From positions 1 through 64,000 of the forward strand of contig NIVC01000084.1 in assembly GCA_002269645.1 (NCBI GenBank): a stretch of DNA of 64,000 nucleotides. The letters run 5' to 3'. The stretch's first letter is position 1. Each line of letters opens with the position of its first letter. This document shows, one piece after another, positions 50,090 through 60,917 of this stretch. This DNA is from Macrostomum lignano. Taxonomy: Eukaryota. The translations under genes were made by a program, and so were the position numbers. The notes under the pieces are model-generated. The model did no database searches and had not been told where the DNA came from. It saw only the letters and a list, made by a program, of their open reading frames with translations.

Positions 50090-51330
50090 CAGAGTTAAAC
50101 CGCCTAAATTGCTCGGACAGCCGCCAGCACCGAGAGTCACCTGTCGGCCTTACCGGACCCGGTACAGCAAGCCGGCTACGTGGACGATGGCGTCCCCGCT
50201 ACTGTGGCTAGACCATCACCCACAATCCTAGGAGATCTCCTTCAAGTTTTCATCCCCCGTGCCGAATGCCTCGTTACAACTGCGGTCTCAAGCTGTGAGT
50301 TCGAAATCGGGACTAACATGCTTATCAGCCACCGGAACCGGAAGATCCAACCTCTGTGTCTCATTAGCAAACCCGTCACCATAAAGAAACAAACCGGATG
50401 TCTGGGCGTCATCCTTGAACATATATTTAGCCGGACCCCACACGTCCAAAGTCCAAAGCTCTCGCGACTCTTGCGCAGATCCTGGGGCCTCACCCTCGCC
50501 GCCATTAGTGAATTTCCACTACCACTGTGAGACCGGCCATCTCCGTTGGTGGTTTAAATTTTCGAAATAGCGCCCTAAATGTAAAAGGAGTTCTTGCAGC
50601 TCTCAACAGAGTGCTGCTAGGCCGCGCTTGTCGAGCTATCATGAGCGCGATTCCTACTACGCACTTTGCTGGCATAGAGAGTCCTTCATGTACCTTCTTC
50701 CCCCTTTGCTTTTTTGTTTAAGGGGGGAGCAATGAATACCATCCTCTCTGCCCTAATTATATTAAATTAAAAACCACTAAATATACCACCACGTCAAGAA
50801 GCCTTGGACAACTGGCAACCCCGTAAAATTCCCTGCTTCACTGAAAAATCTCAAATCAACTCCGCCGGTGGCTACGACTACCTCATTGTGTCAGAAGGGA
50901 GAACCGTGACCTACCAGCACATTGACAGTTTTTCTACCGTCTTCCAGTTCGAAATTCTCACCATCATGGAGCTGTACAATCAACAAGTCTGAGGGAAGGA
51001 GATCATCCTCCTCTGTGACAATCAAGCTTGCATTTAACTGTTGGTGACCATGGCCCTTTCAATGAATTGCTGTTTTGCCAGGCATCAGAACCTCCAGGTA
51101 AAAATCCGTAGTGAGGAATGCTCATTATGCCTCTCCGGTGCTGAGAATGCGGAGCACTTTATCTGTGAATGACTCACCTTTACCCAGAACAGGCTCACCT
51201 ACCTCAGCCCAAACCCAGACCTTTCCGACGTGTTCAGCTCTTCCGCTACCTGCGTGTGAGGTAAGTCATGCAGTGCCAAGCTCTAGGCCCTGTCTGACAG
51301 CTAGAAGGTGGCGCTGTACTAAGCAGTAGT
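50090..51330 (+). mobile_element. RNase H-containing LINE (I/R1-like) RT-RNase H remnant
   Basis: 'GYVDDG' at ~50175, 'CLGVILE..RSWGL', and RNase H 'STVFQFEILTI...IILLCDNQAC'; many deletions. Confidence 0.75.
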
Positions 51331-51600
51331 AGAGATCATATCCTGCTTTCTTTACAAACCCCAAGACTTGGAAATTGACGGATTAACTTGCGCATACAAG
51401 ACTGTCGGCAGAAACCAGAGGACTCTTCGCGCAAGGGCCACCGTTATAAGGACGGACATAAGTTTCTCTCAACAATTTCTCTAAATAATCTATGGAGCGC
51501 ACGTGTATCTTTTTGCTAATTTCACAAAAACCAATGTGGCCTAAGCGCGCAGGGCGCAGGCCATCCTCGATTTAAATCGGAGAAACTCGACAGCTACTCG

Positions 51601-51675
51601 CGCGGCTGCGTGAAGTGCCTTCGCTTCTTGATGCTAAACGTCGCCAAGATTTCAATCTGCTGCTGTCTCACCATG
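51601..51675 (+). repeat. 75-bp exact copy of 52598-52672 (GT31 N-terminal coding sequence)
   Basis: Base-by-base identity by eye; offset 997 bp. Confidence 0.92.
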
Positions 51676-51750
51676 ACATCATATTCTCGGGCAACATACG
51701 AGCTAATGTTTGGGACAGAAGCTTTAGTAGCCACTGTTTTACTGTTTGAA

Positions 51751-52005
51751 GGGGTTGTAGCCTAGTGGTTAGAGCGTCAGACTCATGACTTGAAGGTCGG
51801 GGGTTCGATTTCCGATCCCACTGGAACGTTTGTGTCCTTGGGCAAGACACTTAATACTGCATTGCTTCAGTTCACCCAGCTGTAAAATGGGTGCCAGCAT
51901 TAGCTGAGGTAATTGAAGGTGTGTGTGGCGACCCTCCAGTCCTTGGACTAAACAGCCGTACGCAGCCTTCAGATGCGCCACGCAGTGCAGGGCCGCGGCT
52001 GAGCT
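51751..52005 (+). mobile_element. tRNA(Met-like)-derived CORE-like SINE (family 2), best-preserved copy
   Basis: Head GGGGTTGTAGCCTAGTGGTTAGAGCGTCAGACTCATGACTTGAAGGTCGGGGGTTCGATTTCC has A and B boxes and a CAT anticodon-like loop, followed by the CORE-like block. Confidence 0.88.
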
Positions 52006-52531
52006 GTCGTTTATTTGTCGCATCGCCAGTGCATTTTTTCTGCTCTAGAGAACACATAGCGCTCAATGGGGCTTCGCCATCGTCTCTTTACAAGCTTTTA
52101 GGCTTTAGAAGATAAAAAAATATTTGTGACGGCAACGCCCTCGCTTAGCAGTTTTTGGACATGTGGGCTGTGCACAGAGAAAATCGATCGATGTTAAAGC
52201 ATAGAGGCTGGGTGGAGAAGAAAAAGACAAAGAGCTATCATTGTACTGGTTTGGGTATCCAGTGATTAGGAAGCATTCACTGGCGAATCTGGAATTTCTT
52301 TTTAGAGGGACACGTGCGGCAGATTCTATGGATTCCTGATAAAGAGAGCTCCGCATAGAGCTTATCTGCTCACAAAAGACTTCAAAGATAAAATTCTCCA
52401 TCAGTTATTCGAATCGCAAAACCTTTATTCTTGTCAGGCAGAGTGTTTCATCATAAAAATCAGTTGCAAAAAGCCAAGAGCCACTGTAATATTGCTCCCA
52501 ACTCTGAGCACCCCAGCTGAGCGATCGGCAA

Positions 52532-54150
52532 ATGCGAGCCAACAAGCTTCTTGCTGCGCCGCTGCGGGCAGCCTGCCAGCTGCAAAGTTTGGCTAAGCGC
52601 GGCTGCGTGAAGTGCCTTCGCTTCTTGATGCTAAACGTCGCCAAGATTTCAATCTGCTGCTGTCTCACCATGGCGGCCATGTTTATGCTGCTAGTATTCT
52701 CCACTCTGTTCTACAGCGTCTACATGTCAGTGAAGTACGGCCGGATGAACTCTGCGCCAGACCCGCTTGAAGCGTTTTCCAGCGAATTCGATGAATATGA
52801 TCAGTCAGAAGGCGCGGATTGGAGTGCCCGAAGGCAGCGTCAACGGCTACTAAGGTTGCAACATGACCTGGAGCAGCGCGGCGGCGGTGGCGGCTGGAGG
52901 CGTCGAATTCGACTGACAAAAGCTCGACTCTCCAGAAAGCGACAACGAGTTGCAAAGTCCGATGACTTCGTCGACGAGGAGCCGTTCGTCGGCGAGAACA
53001 TCAACGATGGCCAACTGCAGGATGCGCCGCTGACAACGCAAAAACCTATCAGAGCGATGGAAGTCAAGCCCCGGCATCTGTCACGAAAGGTAAATCTGAT
53101 GAACAGCATGTTGACCTCTCTTAATCATAGCGAAGTTAAAGTCCAAAAATTCTTAGTGGATACTTTTCTTTCTTTAGTACACTAATGCACCCATAATCTT
53201 ACTGAAACTCACAGGCTCGAGACACGCGTGCGCGCTTAAGGCAGCTTGAAGAGGATTCCAGGCTCAAGTGTCGAAACGCCGTGGCAGAAGTTTTTTCCAA
53301 CCCGTTTGCCAAAGTAAAGTATCGCCATGTTGAGCAGGGGGTATGTACCAGCGAAGTTGATATTCTTATCTTGGTCCAGTCGCACTGGTCGCACTACGAG
53401 CGCAGAGAGCTCATTAGGAGCACCTATGGATCGCTGAAAAATGTCAGGGACAGCATTGTCCGATTGGTGTTCGTCACCGGCTTGCCTGAGGGCAGCGGCG
53501 AGCGAGTTGCAATCCTACAAGAAAGCCGCAGTTATCGTGACATTGTTCTCGGCGAGTTTTCCGATAGGGTTTCGAAGAGATTGGAGAAAGACTTTCTAAG
53601 CTTGCACTGGGCCCTGAATTATTGTCCGACGGCGAAGTTTGTCGCCAAGTTATCCGATGACACGTTCGTGGACACGGTGCATCTGGCCACATTTCTTGAT
53701 AGGTCTCCAATGCAGGAGTTTCTCTACTGCAATATCAAGCGCGATCGCAAACCGTTGCCTCGTTTCATGGGTCGGCGGATACTTAGAGGCGTCAAAGCCA
53801 AGATAAAAACGCTGCCGCACTGCGCTTCAACCGGTTTCGTGGCGACATCGTCCAGCTTGGCTCAAATGCTTGGCTGCAGTCAAGCCCTCCATCCGCTCGT
53901 CCCCGGTTGGTCAGCAGGGGACTTCTTTACAGGAGCCGCGGTGACAACAGCGGGACTGAGCCTCGTAGATACCTGGAAAGGGCATGAATTCGGCGAGCTA
54001 AACCGCAACACGGCTTTGCCACCAGTGGCCAACGACTACATCTTCCTGACCGTGCGACGAAAGCCCGACGGTCAATCAATGCCAGGCGACGAGTCCGTAC
54101 AGAGATTTTTGTGGCGAGCCACGTGGAAGTACCTTGTTGCGCAGATCTAA
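52532..54150 (+). CDS. GT31-family (beta-1,3-galactosyltransferase/GlcNAc-transferase-like) type II membrane protein, ~497 aa; exons 52532-53089 and 53215-54150
   Basis: N-terminal TM segment (ISICCCLTMAAMFMLLVFSTLFYSVYM) and stem; phase-0 intron of 125 bp (GTAAAT..CTAAT..CAG); GT31 motifs 'RRELIRSTYG', 'VFVTG', 'ESRSYRDIV', 'CPTAKFVAKLSDDTFV'. Confidence 0.88.
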
Positions 54151-55679
54151 CGAAGGATCACTTGCAAGCAGTAAGAAACTGTGACATTATGAACTATAGT
54201 CGTCTAAAACAGATTATTGACATTCGATTCCATGAGATGTTCATTTAAAGGTTAAAAACTCTAGCTAAAGTCATCTTGGTGTTATATGGTTCTGTACGTT
54301 TTGTAATACGAGCTACAACCGTAAAAATTAATTTTTAGCGAGAGAATCAAGCTATTGACGACTTGCTATTGAAGGGAACTTCGTTGTTTGTTGTTGATTC
54401 GCCCGCCGCAATTGATTGAATTGCTTCCTCCAAGTATCAGTTAGTTGGCTTGGAAAACGATAGATATATACCTTTGAATCGCGACTTCGTCAAAAGTGAC
54501 TTAATTCAATTTTGGCAACACAGTAAACTGAATGGAAAGCTGCGGAGGTGCCAATCTCCTATTTGAAAGCAGATCTAACGAGGCGCCTGACTGACCCACG
54601 CACTTTAAAGGAGACTTGGGACAGGCAGGCTACAGTACAGGCTGGTGAGCCGCTACAGCAGCAGCGTCGTCGCCTGGACGCATTTCGACGGCTCAAATGG
54701 AGGCAGTGTCCACAGTTCCACCCCTATCAGCAGTGGCACGAACACGTGCTGCGCTATGGACCCCTCTGTCTCACCTGCATTGACATTTTCTTGCCTTCTT
54801 GTTCGTTTGTTACACTTTGCCGTTCAGTTTATTTTGCTGCCAAAATTGAAGTTCAAATTGTTGAATACAAACTTTAACCTACAGCTAATTATGTCTACCT
54901 CCAAAACCATATGCACGACTAACCATCGACATGTCTGTTTTATGTATGGGCTGCCAAAAATCTAGTCGCTTGGGAGACTTAAAGTTGAGATTCAAAATGT
55001 ATACTAGCGATTTATTAAACTCGCTGCATCTAATTCGGTAATACTGTCTCTTGGATAAGGTTGTAAGAAAAAGTTTGTTATGAACAATCGATACCATTTC
55101 CATGGCATAACTACGTGAAGTTTTCATTGCGACAGGTCTTCGTTAGAAAAAATGGGTAGCTAGTTTACTTTGAAGTTATGCTTAATTACTTTAACTAGCT
55201 TGTTTATAGGAAGCACTACACTGACGAAATTATATAATTAGCAATATTCTCATACCAACCCCTCCTCACCTCACCTCAACCACGGCTCTAGTAAGGAAAA
55301 CCATGTCATTTTCGGATTAATAATCAAATTTTACTCGGAATTTTAAGCTCGATATTATAAACAAAAGTAGCTCGTAATTTACATTTTTATGTTTCAAAAA
55401 ATGAGTTTTCTTTTGCCAATGGCGTGTATATGCGCACTAAGCTTAATTACATCAGTTTGTTTTTCTATGATTTCCTGAAGCCAAAGAATGCTTCAAAAGC
55501 TTCTTTACAACTCTGGATAACTTTAGGTTAAATGAATAAAAATATCAGTTGATATTTAACGAGTTAATTCAAAAAGTAAAAAAAGCAATTTGGCCAGAGC
55601 AAGCGGGGAGTGCAAATTTAAACAATTCTCACTCTGTGATAAGTACAAACTTTTAACAGAAAGCACTGGTTAGAGAACA

Positions 55680-56146
55680 TTGAATCCAGACTCGTGATAG
55701 CGCTCCATGCTTAATTCCAATCCAGAATCTCATTAGCACTCCATGCTTTCCAATCCAGAGTCCTATTAGCGCTCCATGCTTTCCAATCCAGACTCTCATT
55801 AGCACTACATGCTTTCCAATCCAGACTTCTATTAGCACTACATGCTTTCCAATCCAGACTATTATTAGCAATTCATGCTTTCCAATCCAGACTATTATTA
55901 GCACTACATGCTTTCCAATCCAGACTCCTATTAGCACTCCATGCTTTCCAATCCAGACTCCTATTAGCACTCCATGCTTTCCAATCCAGACTCCTATCCA
56001 GCACTCCATGCTTTCCAATCCAGACTCTTATTAGCACTCCATGCTTAATTCCAATCCAGACTCTTATTAGCACTCCATGCTTTCCAATCCAGACTCCTAT
56101 TAGCACTCCATGCTTTCCAATCCAGACTCTTATTAGCACTCCATGC
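55680..56146. repeat. 33-bp minisatellite (AGCACTCCATGCTTTCCAATCCAGACTCCTATT), ~14 copies, with 36-bp variants
   Basis: Direct tandem repeats; these generate the spurious 11-aa repeat ORFs. Confidence 0.95.
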
Positions 56147-56386
56147 TGTCTAATCGAGCCATATCAAGACTGGCTGCGTGATGCAGTGAAAACAGGAATT
56201 TATTAAGGTTTCTACGAGCTATGTCGTTTATTTTAAGGAGGAATTCAACGTTAAGATAATAAATTTCAAAAAGAAGAATTACAACACAAACTAATAAAAG
56301 ATATAATAGCCTACAACTGTTAGAAACAAAAGTACACACAGAATCGAACGAGCTGTCAATCACAATGGCTCAGAATTTCCAATTGT

Positions 56387-59300
56387 TCAACGAGCACTCG
56401 GCGGTTTCATCTGCATGGTCTTGAAGAAGTCGCCACCCCTGTACTTCTGCGCCGTTTCGGCCGCCTCAGGCCGGACGCGGGGCCCGGCACGCGCCGATGA
56501 TGGCGCCGCGGCGCCTGTGATAACCAGCGACGCCGTGCCGCGATTCCTCGCCGCGTGTTCCTCCGCCAAGCCGGGGGTTGCCTTCGACTTGCGCGGCGGT
56601 TCCGGTGGCAGATTTGAGCTTCCCAGCAGGGATTTGGCGGCGTCGCCGCGGCCTTTGGCTGCGAGCTCCTTGGCTACGTCGGACTTTAGCGCGCGCTCGT
56701 GCGTCTTGTGATCTTTCGGCGGAGCCCGGTAGTCTGTATCGCCTAGGCAACTGTCCATGACGCCCCGGTTGCGTTCGGCCGCCTGTTTAGTGATGGTGCG
56801 ATAGGGGGACAATGGAATCAATTTTTCAGGAAGCCTGGGGCCACCCTGGCGCAAGGCCTTCGGTGACAGCGTCTCACAACCATTGCTGACGGCAATTCTG
56901 CAACTTTGTGCCTTGGGGGTTGGCCCTTATGGGTGTAAAAACCAGGATGAGATCCCGGAAAATTTTGGTGCCTAATTCAGCCTCCAGCCCACCCCCTGTT
57001 GAATGAATTCACACAAAAAATCAATATGGGCCACTCCGTCAGTTAAATGCGCAGCTCTCATATCAGTAGTGCGTTGCAAAAATTGTCAGCAGTTTGTTGC
57101 AGGAAAAATGTTGTAAGAAAACCAGAGTGTCAAGGTACTCAGCAACCTCAATGCTGTTTTGGAGGAAAGCATGCTACTTTTGTCCTATACCATTGATCCC
57201 CCTTGAATCCCATTGATCCCACTCGAATCCTATTGATTCCACTTGAATCCCATGGATTTCACTCAAACCCCATTGATCCCACTTGAATCCCATTGATCCC
57301 ACTCAAGCATCATTGATCCCACTCAAGCATCATTGATTCCACTTAAATCCAGTTAATCCAAATAAAACCCGAGGGACCAAATTAAAAGCACCCTCATTGA
57401 TTTCATTCCCTTTGAAAATACGGATCAATTTCCACCAACCTCCTGGGCGGGCCCCGGACGAACTCTGGGCTGAGGCCGTGGCGAGCTGTACTGCCGGTTC
57501 TGTTCCTGGTTGAACCACTGCGACATCTGGCCTTTGGCTCGGTTGGCGAACTCCTCAGCCTCCGGCCTGGTCTTCCTGACAACCCGAGCATCCGCTGCCT
57601 GCTCGGCCGCCGATGCTGCCGACGAACTCACGCCGATGTGCCCGCGGGTGTTGCGCTGGTACACCTCCTGGGCCAAGTCGCCCTTTACCTTGGCGGCCGC
57701 GACTGGTGGCTCTTGGTGGCTGGCGCCGCGTGAATAATCAAAGCAGTCGCGCATCTGCGAGCCCTGCAGCGATCAGGTTCAATGTTGCAGCGCAGTGAGA
57801 AATTGGGATGGGTGAGATGGGGAGAGATAGTGAGAAACGGAAAAGAGATAGGGGAGAGATTGAGAGAGATGAGGAGAGGTGAGATAAAGGAATTTTAGGA
57901 GAGTGTTTGGCATGAAGCCAAGAAGGAAAGACTATAGAATAAGCTCTTAGTACGAGCTAGAAGATATAAGGAGGAATATCGAATACAGATGATGAACAAT
58001 GAGAGTATTGGCGCTAATGAAGACTCTACCAAAATGTTTCAAATCAACGATAGAGCATCGGCAGCGCTATTCAACTCTCAATTACCTTCGAAGAGGCCTC
58101 GTAGTTGGCCAACGAGCTGCTGGTGGGGCACCGGTGGCCGTATACAGCAACACCATCCTCAGCCGGATCTACTTTGCGCGTCATCCAGTCAGTGCCAGTC
58201 CCGTGCCGGTTCCGCTCGGCGTATTCAGCGCCTTCGCCTCTAGTCCGCGAGGACGGCCGCGTTGAAGGCGCCGTAGTCGGTCGGGCGTCGTGTCGGTACC
58301 AGTCGGCCTGGGAGCGCATCGACCTGGCGATCTCGCGTCCAGCCTCGGATGTGCACTTTGGCCCGGGCGCCGCCTGCGGGTCCGGCTTCTTGTTGTGATC
58401 GAACCAGTCGCCCTCGCGAGCCTGGTTAGCACGCTGCATCAGCTCCACATTAGACGGTGGATAAACTTTAACTGGACGCGGCTTCGGCCTGAACGCGTAA
58501 TTTCCGTGGAAGTCGAACCACTTGTCCTCCTGGTTGTTGAACTTGTCGGCGATGCGTCTGGCGTCCTCGTCGCGCAGTCGAACTGGCGCCGGCGCGTCGT
58601 CCGGCGGCAGGCGGTAGTTGTGGAACACCTCGCCGACTGTCGGCTTGTTTCTGATGGTAAGAAGCAATGCTATGTAGCTAAATAATTTTAACTATAAGCA
58701 GCGATCTAGAGCCAGATAGCAGCTTCCAATTTACACATTTTACTGAATTTACCGCAACTTCGGTTTGATTAAACCGAGTTTTGTTAATTTGGCTTTATCC
58801 GACAAAAATATGCAATACGTATCTAACTGTGGTCACCCTGACATCGTCCTAGCACCAGTTGCGAGGCAATCCTGCTCATTCCGCTGACTCCTGAGAGACA
58901 ATACAGTTACGCAGGCACGCACTCATACATGCTCACGCATACTCATTCACAATCTCACGCATACTCATACATGCTCACGCATACTCATACACAATCTCAC
59001 ACATACTCATACATGCTCACGCATACTCATACACAATCTCACGCATACTCATTCACAATCTCACGCATACTCATACATGCTCACGCATACTCATACACAA
59101 TCTCACGCATACTCATACACAATCTCACACATACTCATACACAATCTCATGCATACTCATACACAATCTCACGCATACTCATACACAATCTCACGCATAC
59201 TCATTCACAATCTCACGCATACTCATACATGCTCACGCATACTCATACACAATCTCACACATACTCATACACAATCTCATGCATACTCATACACAATCTC

Positions 59301-60174
59301 ACGCATACTCATACACAATCTCACGCATACTCATACACAATCTCACGCATACTCATACACAATCTCATGCATACTCATACACAATCTCATGCATACTCAT
59401 ACACAATCTCACGCATACTCATACACAATCTCACACATACTCATACACAATCTCACGCATACTCATACACAATCTCACGCATACTCATACATGCTCACGC
59501 ATACTCATACACAATCTCACGCATACTCATACACAATCTCACGCATACTCATACACAATCTCACGCATACTCATACACAATCTCACGCATACTCATACAC
59601 AGTCTCACGCATACTCATACACAATCTCACGCATACTCATACACAATCTCACGCATACTCATACACAATCTCACGCATACTCATACACAATCTCACGCAT
59701 ACTCATACACAATCTCACGCATACTCATACACAATCTCACGCATACTCACGCAGGGTGTAAAGCAGCCCTGACTTTCTAATCATCAGGCATGTACACTCT
59801 CTGTGTCTTCGGGGTTGACCCGTCGTGAGTTAAAAACGCAGACAACCTCTTAGCCAATTGTTTGGCGCTCACAAGCCACAAATGAATGCGGCCGCGCGCG
59901 GAATCGAACCAGGGATCGCGGCGTGAGAGACACGCCACTCCAACATTCCATGAGTCAAATGGTTATATAAATCAGCTACCCGATGAGATATTTAGCCGAG
60001 AAAAAATATTTTAAAAACGCACTTTTGAGCAATCTCCTGAGCCTCGGGCCGAACCCGCGGCGCTGGCTGCGGCTCTCGATAATCGGCCTTGTGCTGAAAC
60101 CATTGGCCCGGATTGCCGCGATTCTTCAAATAGTTGCTCTGCGCCTGGTCCTTAGACGATTCCACTAGCGCCAT
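56387..60174 (-). CDS. uncharacterised repeat protein R1 (478 aa, ~13 repeats of 35-39 aa); exons 60174-60023, 58650-58086, 57763-57440, 56782-56387
   Basis: GT-AG introns with phases 2, 0, 0 give a 1437-nt stop-free frame. Repeat consensus ~ P.PRVRPEA.E.A.RNRG...W/F. Confidence 0.85.
57189..57350. repeat. 20-bp minisatellite (CCCATTGATCCCACTTGAAT-like), ~8 copies, intronic
   Basis: Direct imperfect tandem repeats. Confidence 0.9.
58850..59950 (-). mobile_element. tRNA-derived SINE related to family 1, carrying an internal minisatellite
   Basis: B box GGTTCGATTCC (minus strand, ~59900-59911). Flanks 58860-58925 and 59745-59800 align collinearly with 19445-19575. Confidence 0.75.
58920..59750. 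repeat. 22-bp minisatellite (TCATACACAATCTCACGCATAC) with interspersed 20-bp variant units, ~38 copies
   Basis: Near-perfect tandem array; it generates the spurious His/Thr-rich ORFs. Confidence 0.97.
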
Positions 60175-60495
60175 GCTAATGTGACTATTGATTAACCTTA
60201 CCTTTAGTATTGAACAGATCACAACTCGAATACACGGCAAGTAAGCAGACACAGTTTGCTGCTCTATCTATTGTACTCGCAGCTCTGAATTCCAACTAGA
60301 CTTAGGAGGCGGGGAGAGGGCTGAGAGGAGGGGCAAAGCAAATGAATGGAGCGACAGTGAGACAGTGCAGCTCTCACGAACACACCTGGCTGCTCAGTGA
60401 CAACCCCGCTCGTAGCGCTCTCCACCATCCCTTTCTCTCTCTCTCTCTCCCGCTTACCGTCACAGTCTTACTACCCCAAAAAGGGTAGAAAGGTG

Positions 60496-60510
60496 GTCCC
60501 CCCTAGCAAC
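60496..60510 (+). promoter_or_regulatory. RFX/X-box-like site in the shared divergent promoter
   Basis: GTCCCCCCTAGCAAC contains the strong half-site CCTAGCAAC; the left half is imperfect. Confidence 0.4.
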
Positions 60511-60917
60511 ATGGGGTTGGCTACAGATAGGGCGACAGTACGCAGCCTCTTTCTATAATGTCTGTCTCTCTTTCTGTGCTCACGCGCATGCAATTTCTCT
60601 CTCCCTCTATTCCAGCAGTGCGCTAAGGCAAAAGCAGCAAAAGGGGTGGCAGCATAACACCGGTAGGCAATAAGACTTAAATGAGGCACTGCAGTCAGTG
60701 TACGTACGTTTTGCTGCTGAGCGATCGAGGCGGCTCCAAGGGTGTGTATTTCCTGCCGCTGTCAAGAAAGCCGGAACGGTCGACCCGAAAGCCGCAGAGC
60801 GGGCGTCTCTCTCTTCACAGTTTATTTAGTCAAACAAATAAGAAAGGCAACAAAGAAGCGGAGAACTTATTTGGAATTTGAACAGCTTTGGACTCCAAAG
60901 CTGCAGCAGATAGTCAG

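Noticed and set aside
51751-51825. Possible tRNA-Met gene
   Set aside because: The acceptor and anticodon stems are imperfect and it continues directly into a repeated SINE body.
55653-56139. ORFs with VWIGKHGVLI repeats
   Set aside because: Translation of a 33-bp minisatellite with frame-breaking variants; no splice or start context.
55680-56146. Regular direct repeats as a possible CRISPR array (also 58920-59750 and 62197-62330)
   Set aside because: The units are head-to-tail with no unique spacers, there are no cas genes, and the context is eukaryotic.
58929-59780. Long His/Thr/Ser-rich ORFs in three frames (283, 231 and 160 aa)
   Set aside because: By-product of the 22-bp minisatellite, which has no stops on this strand. 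It lies antisense within an intron of R1.
60176-60201. Apparent 26-nt GTAAGG...TAG micro-intron just upstream of the R1 ATG
   Set aside because: Shorter than typical spliceosomal introns and untestable without cDNA; the donor and acceptor may belong to different isoforms.
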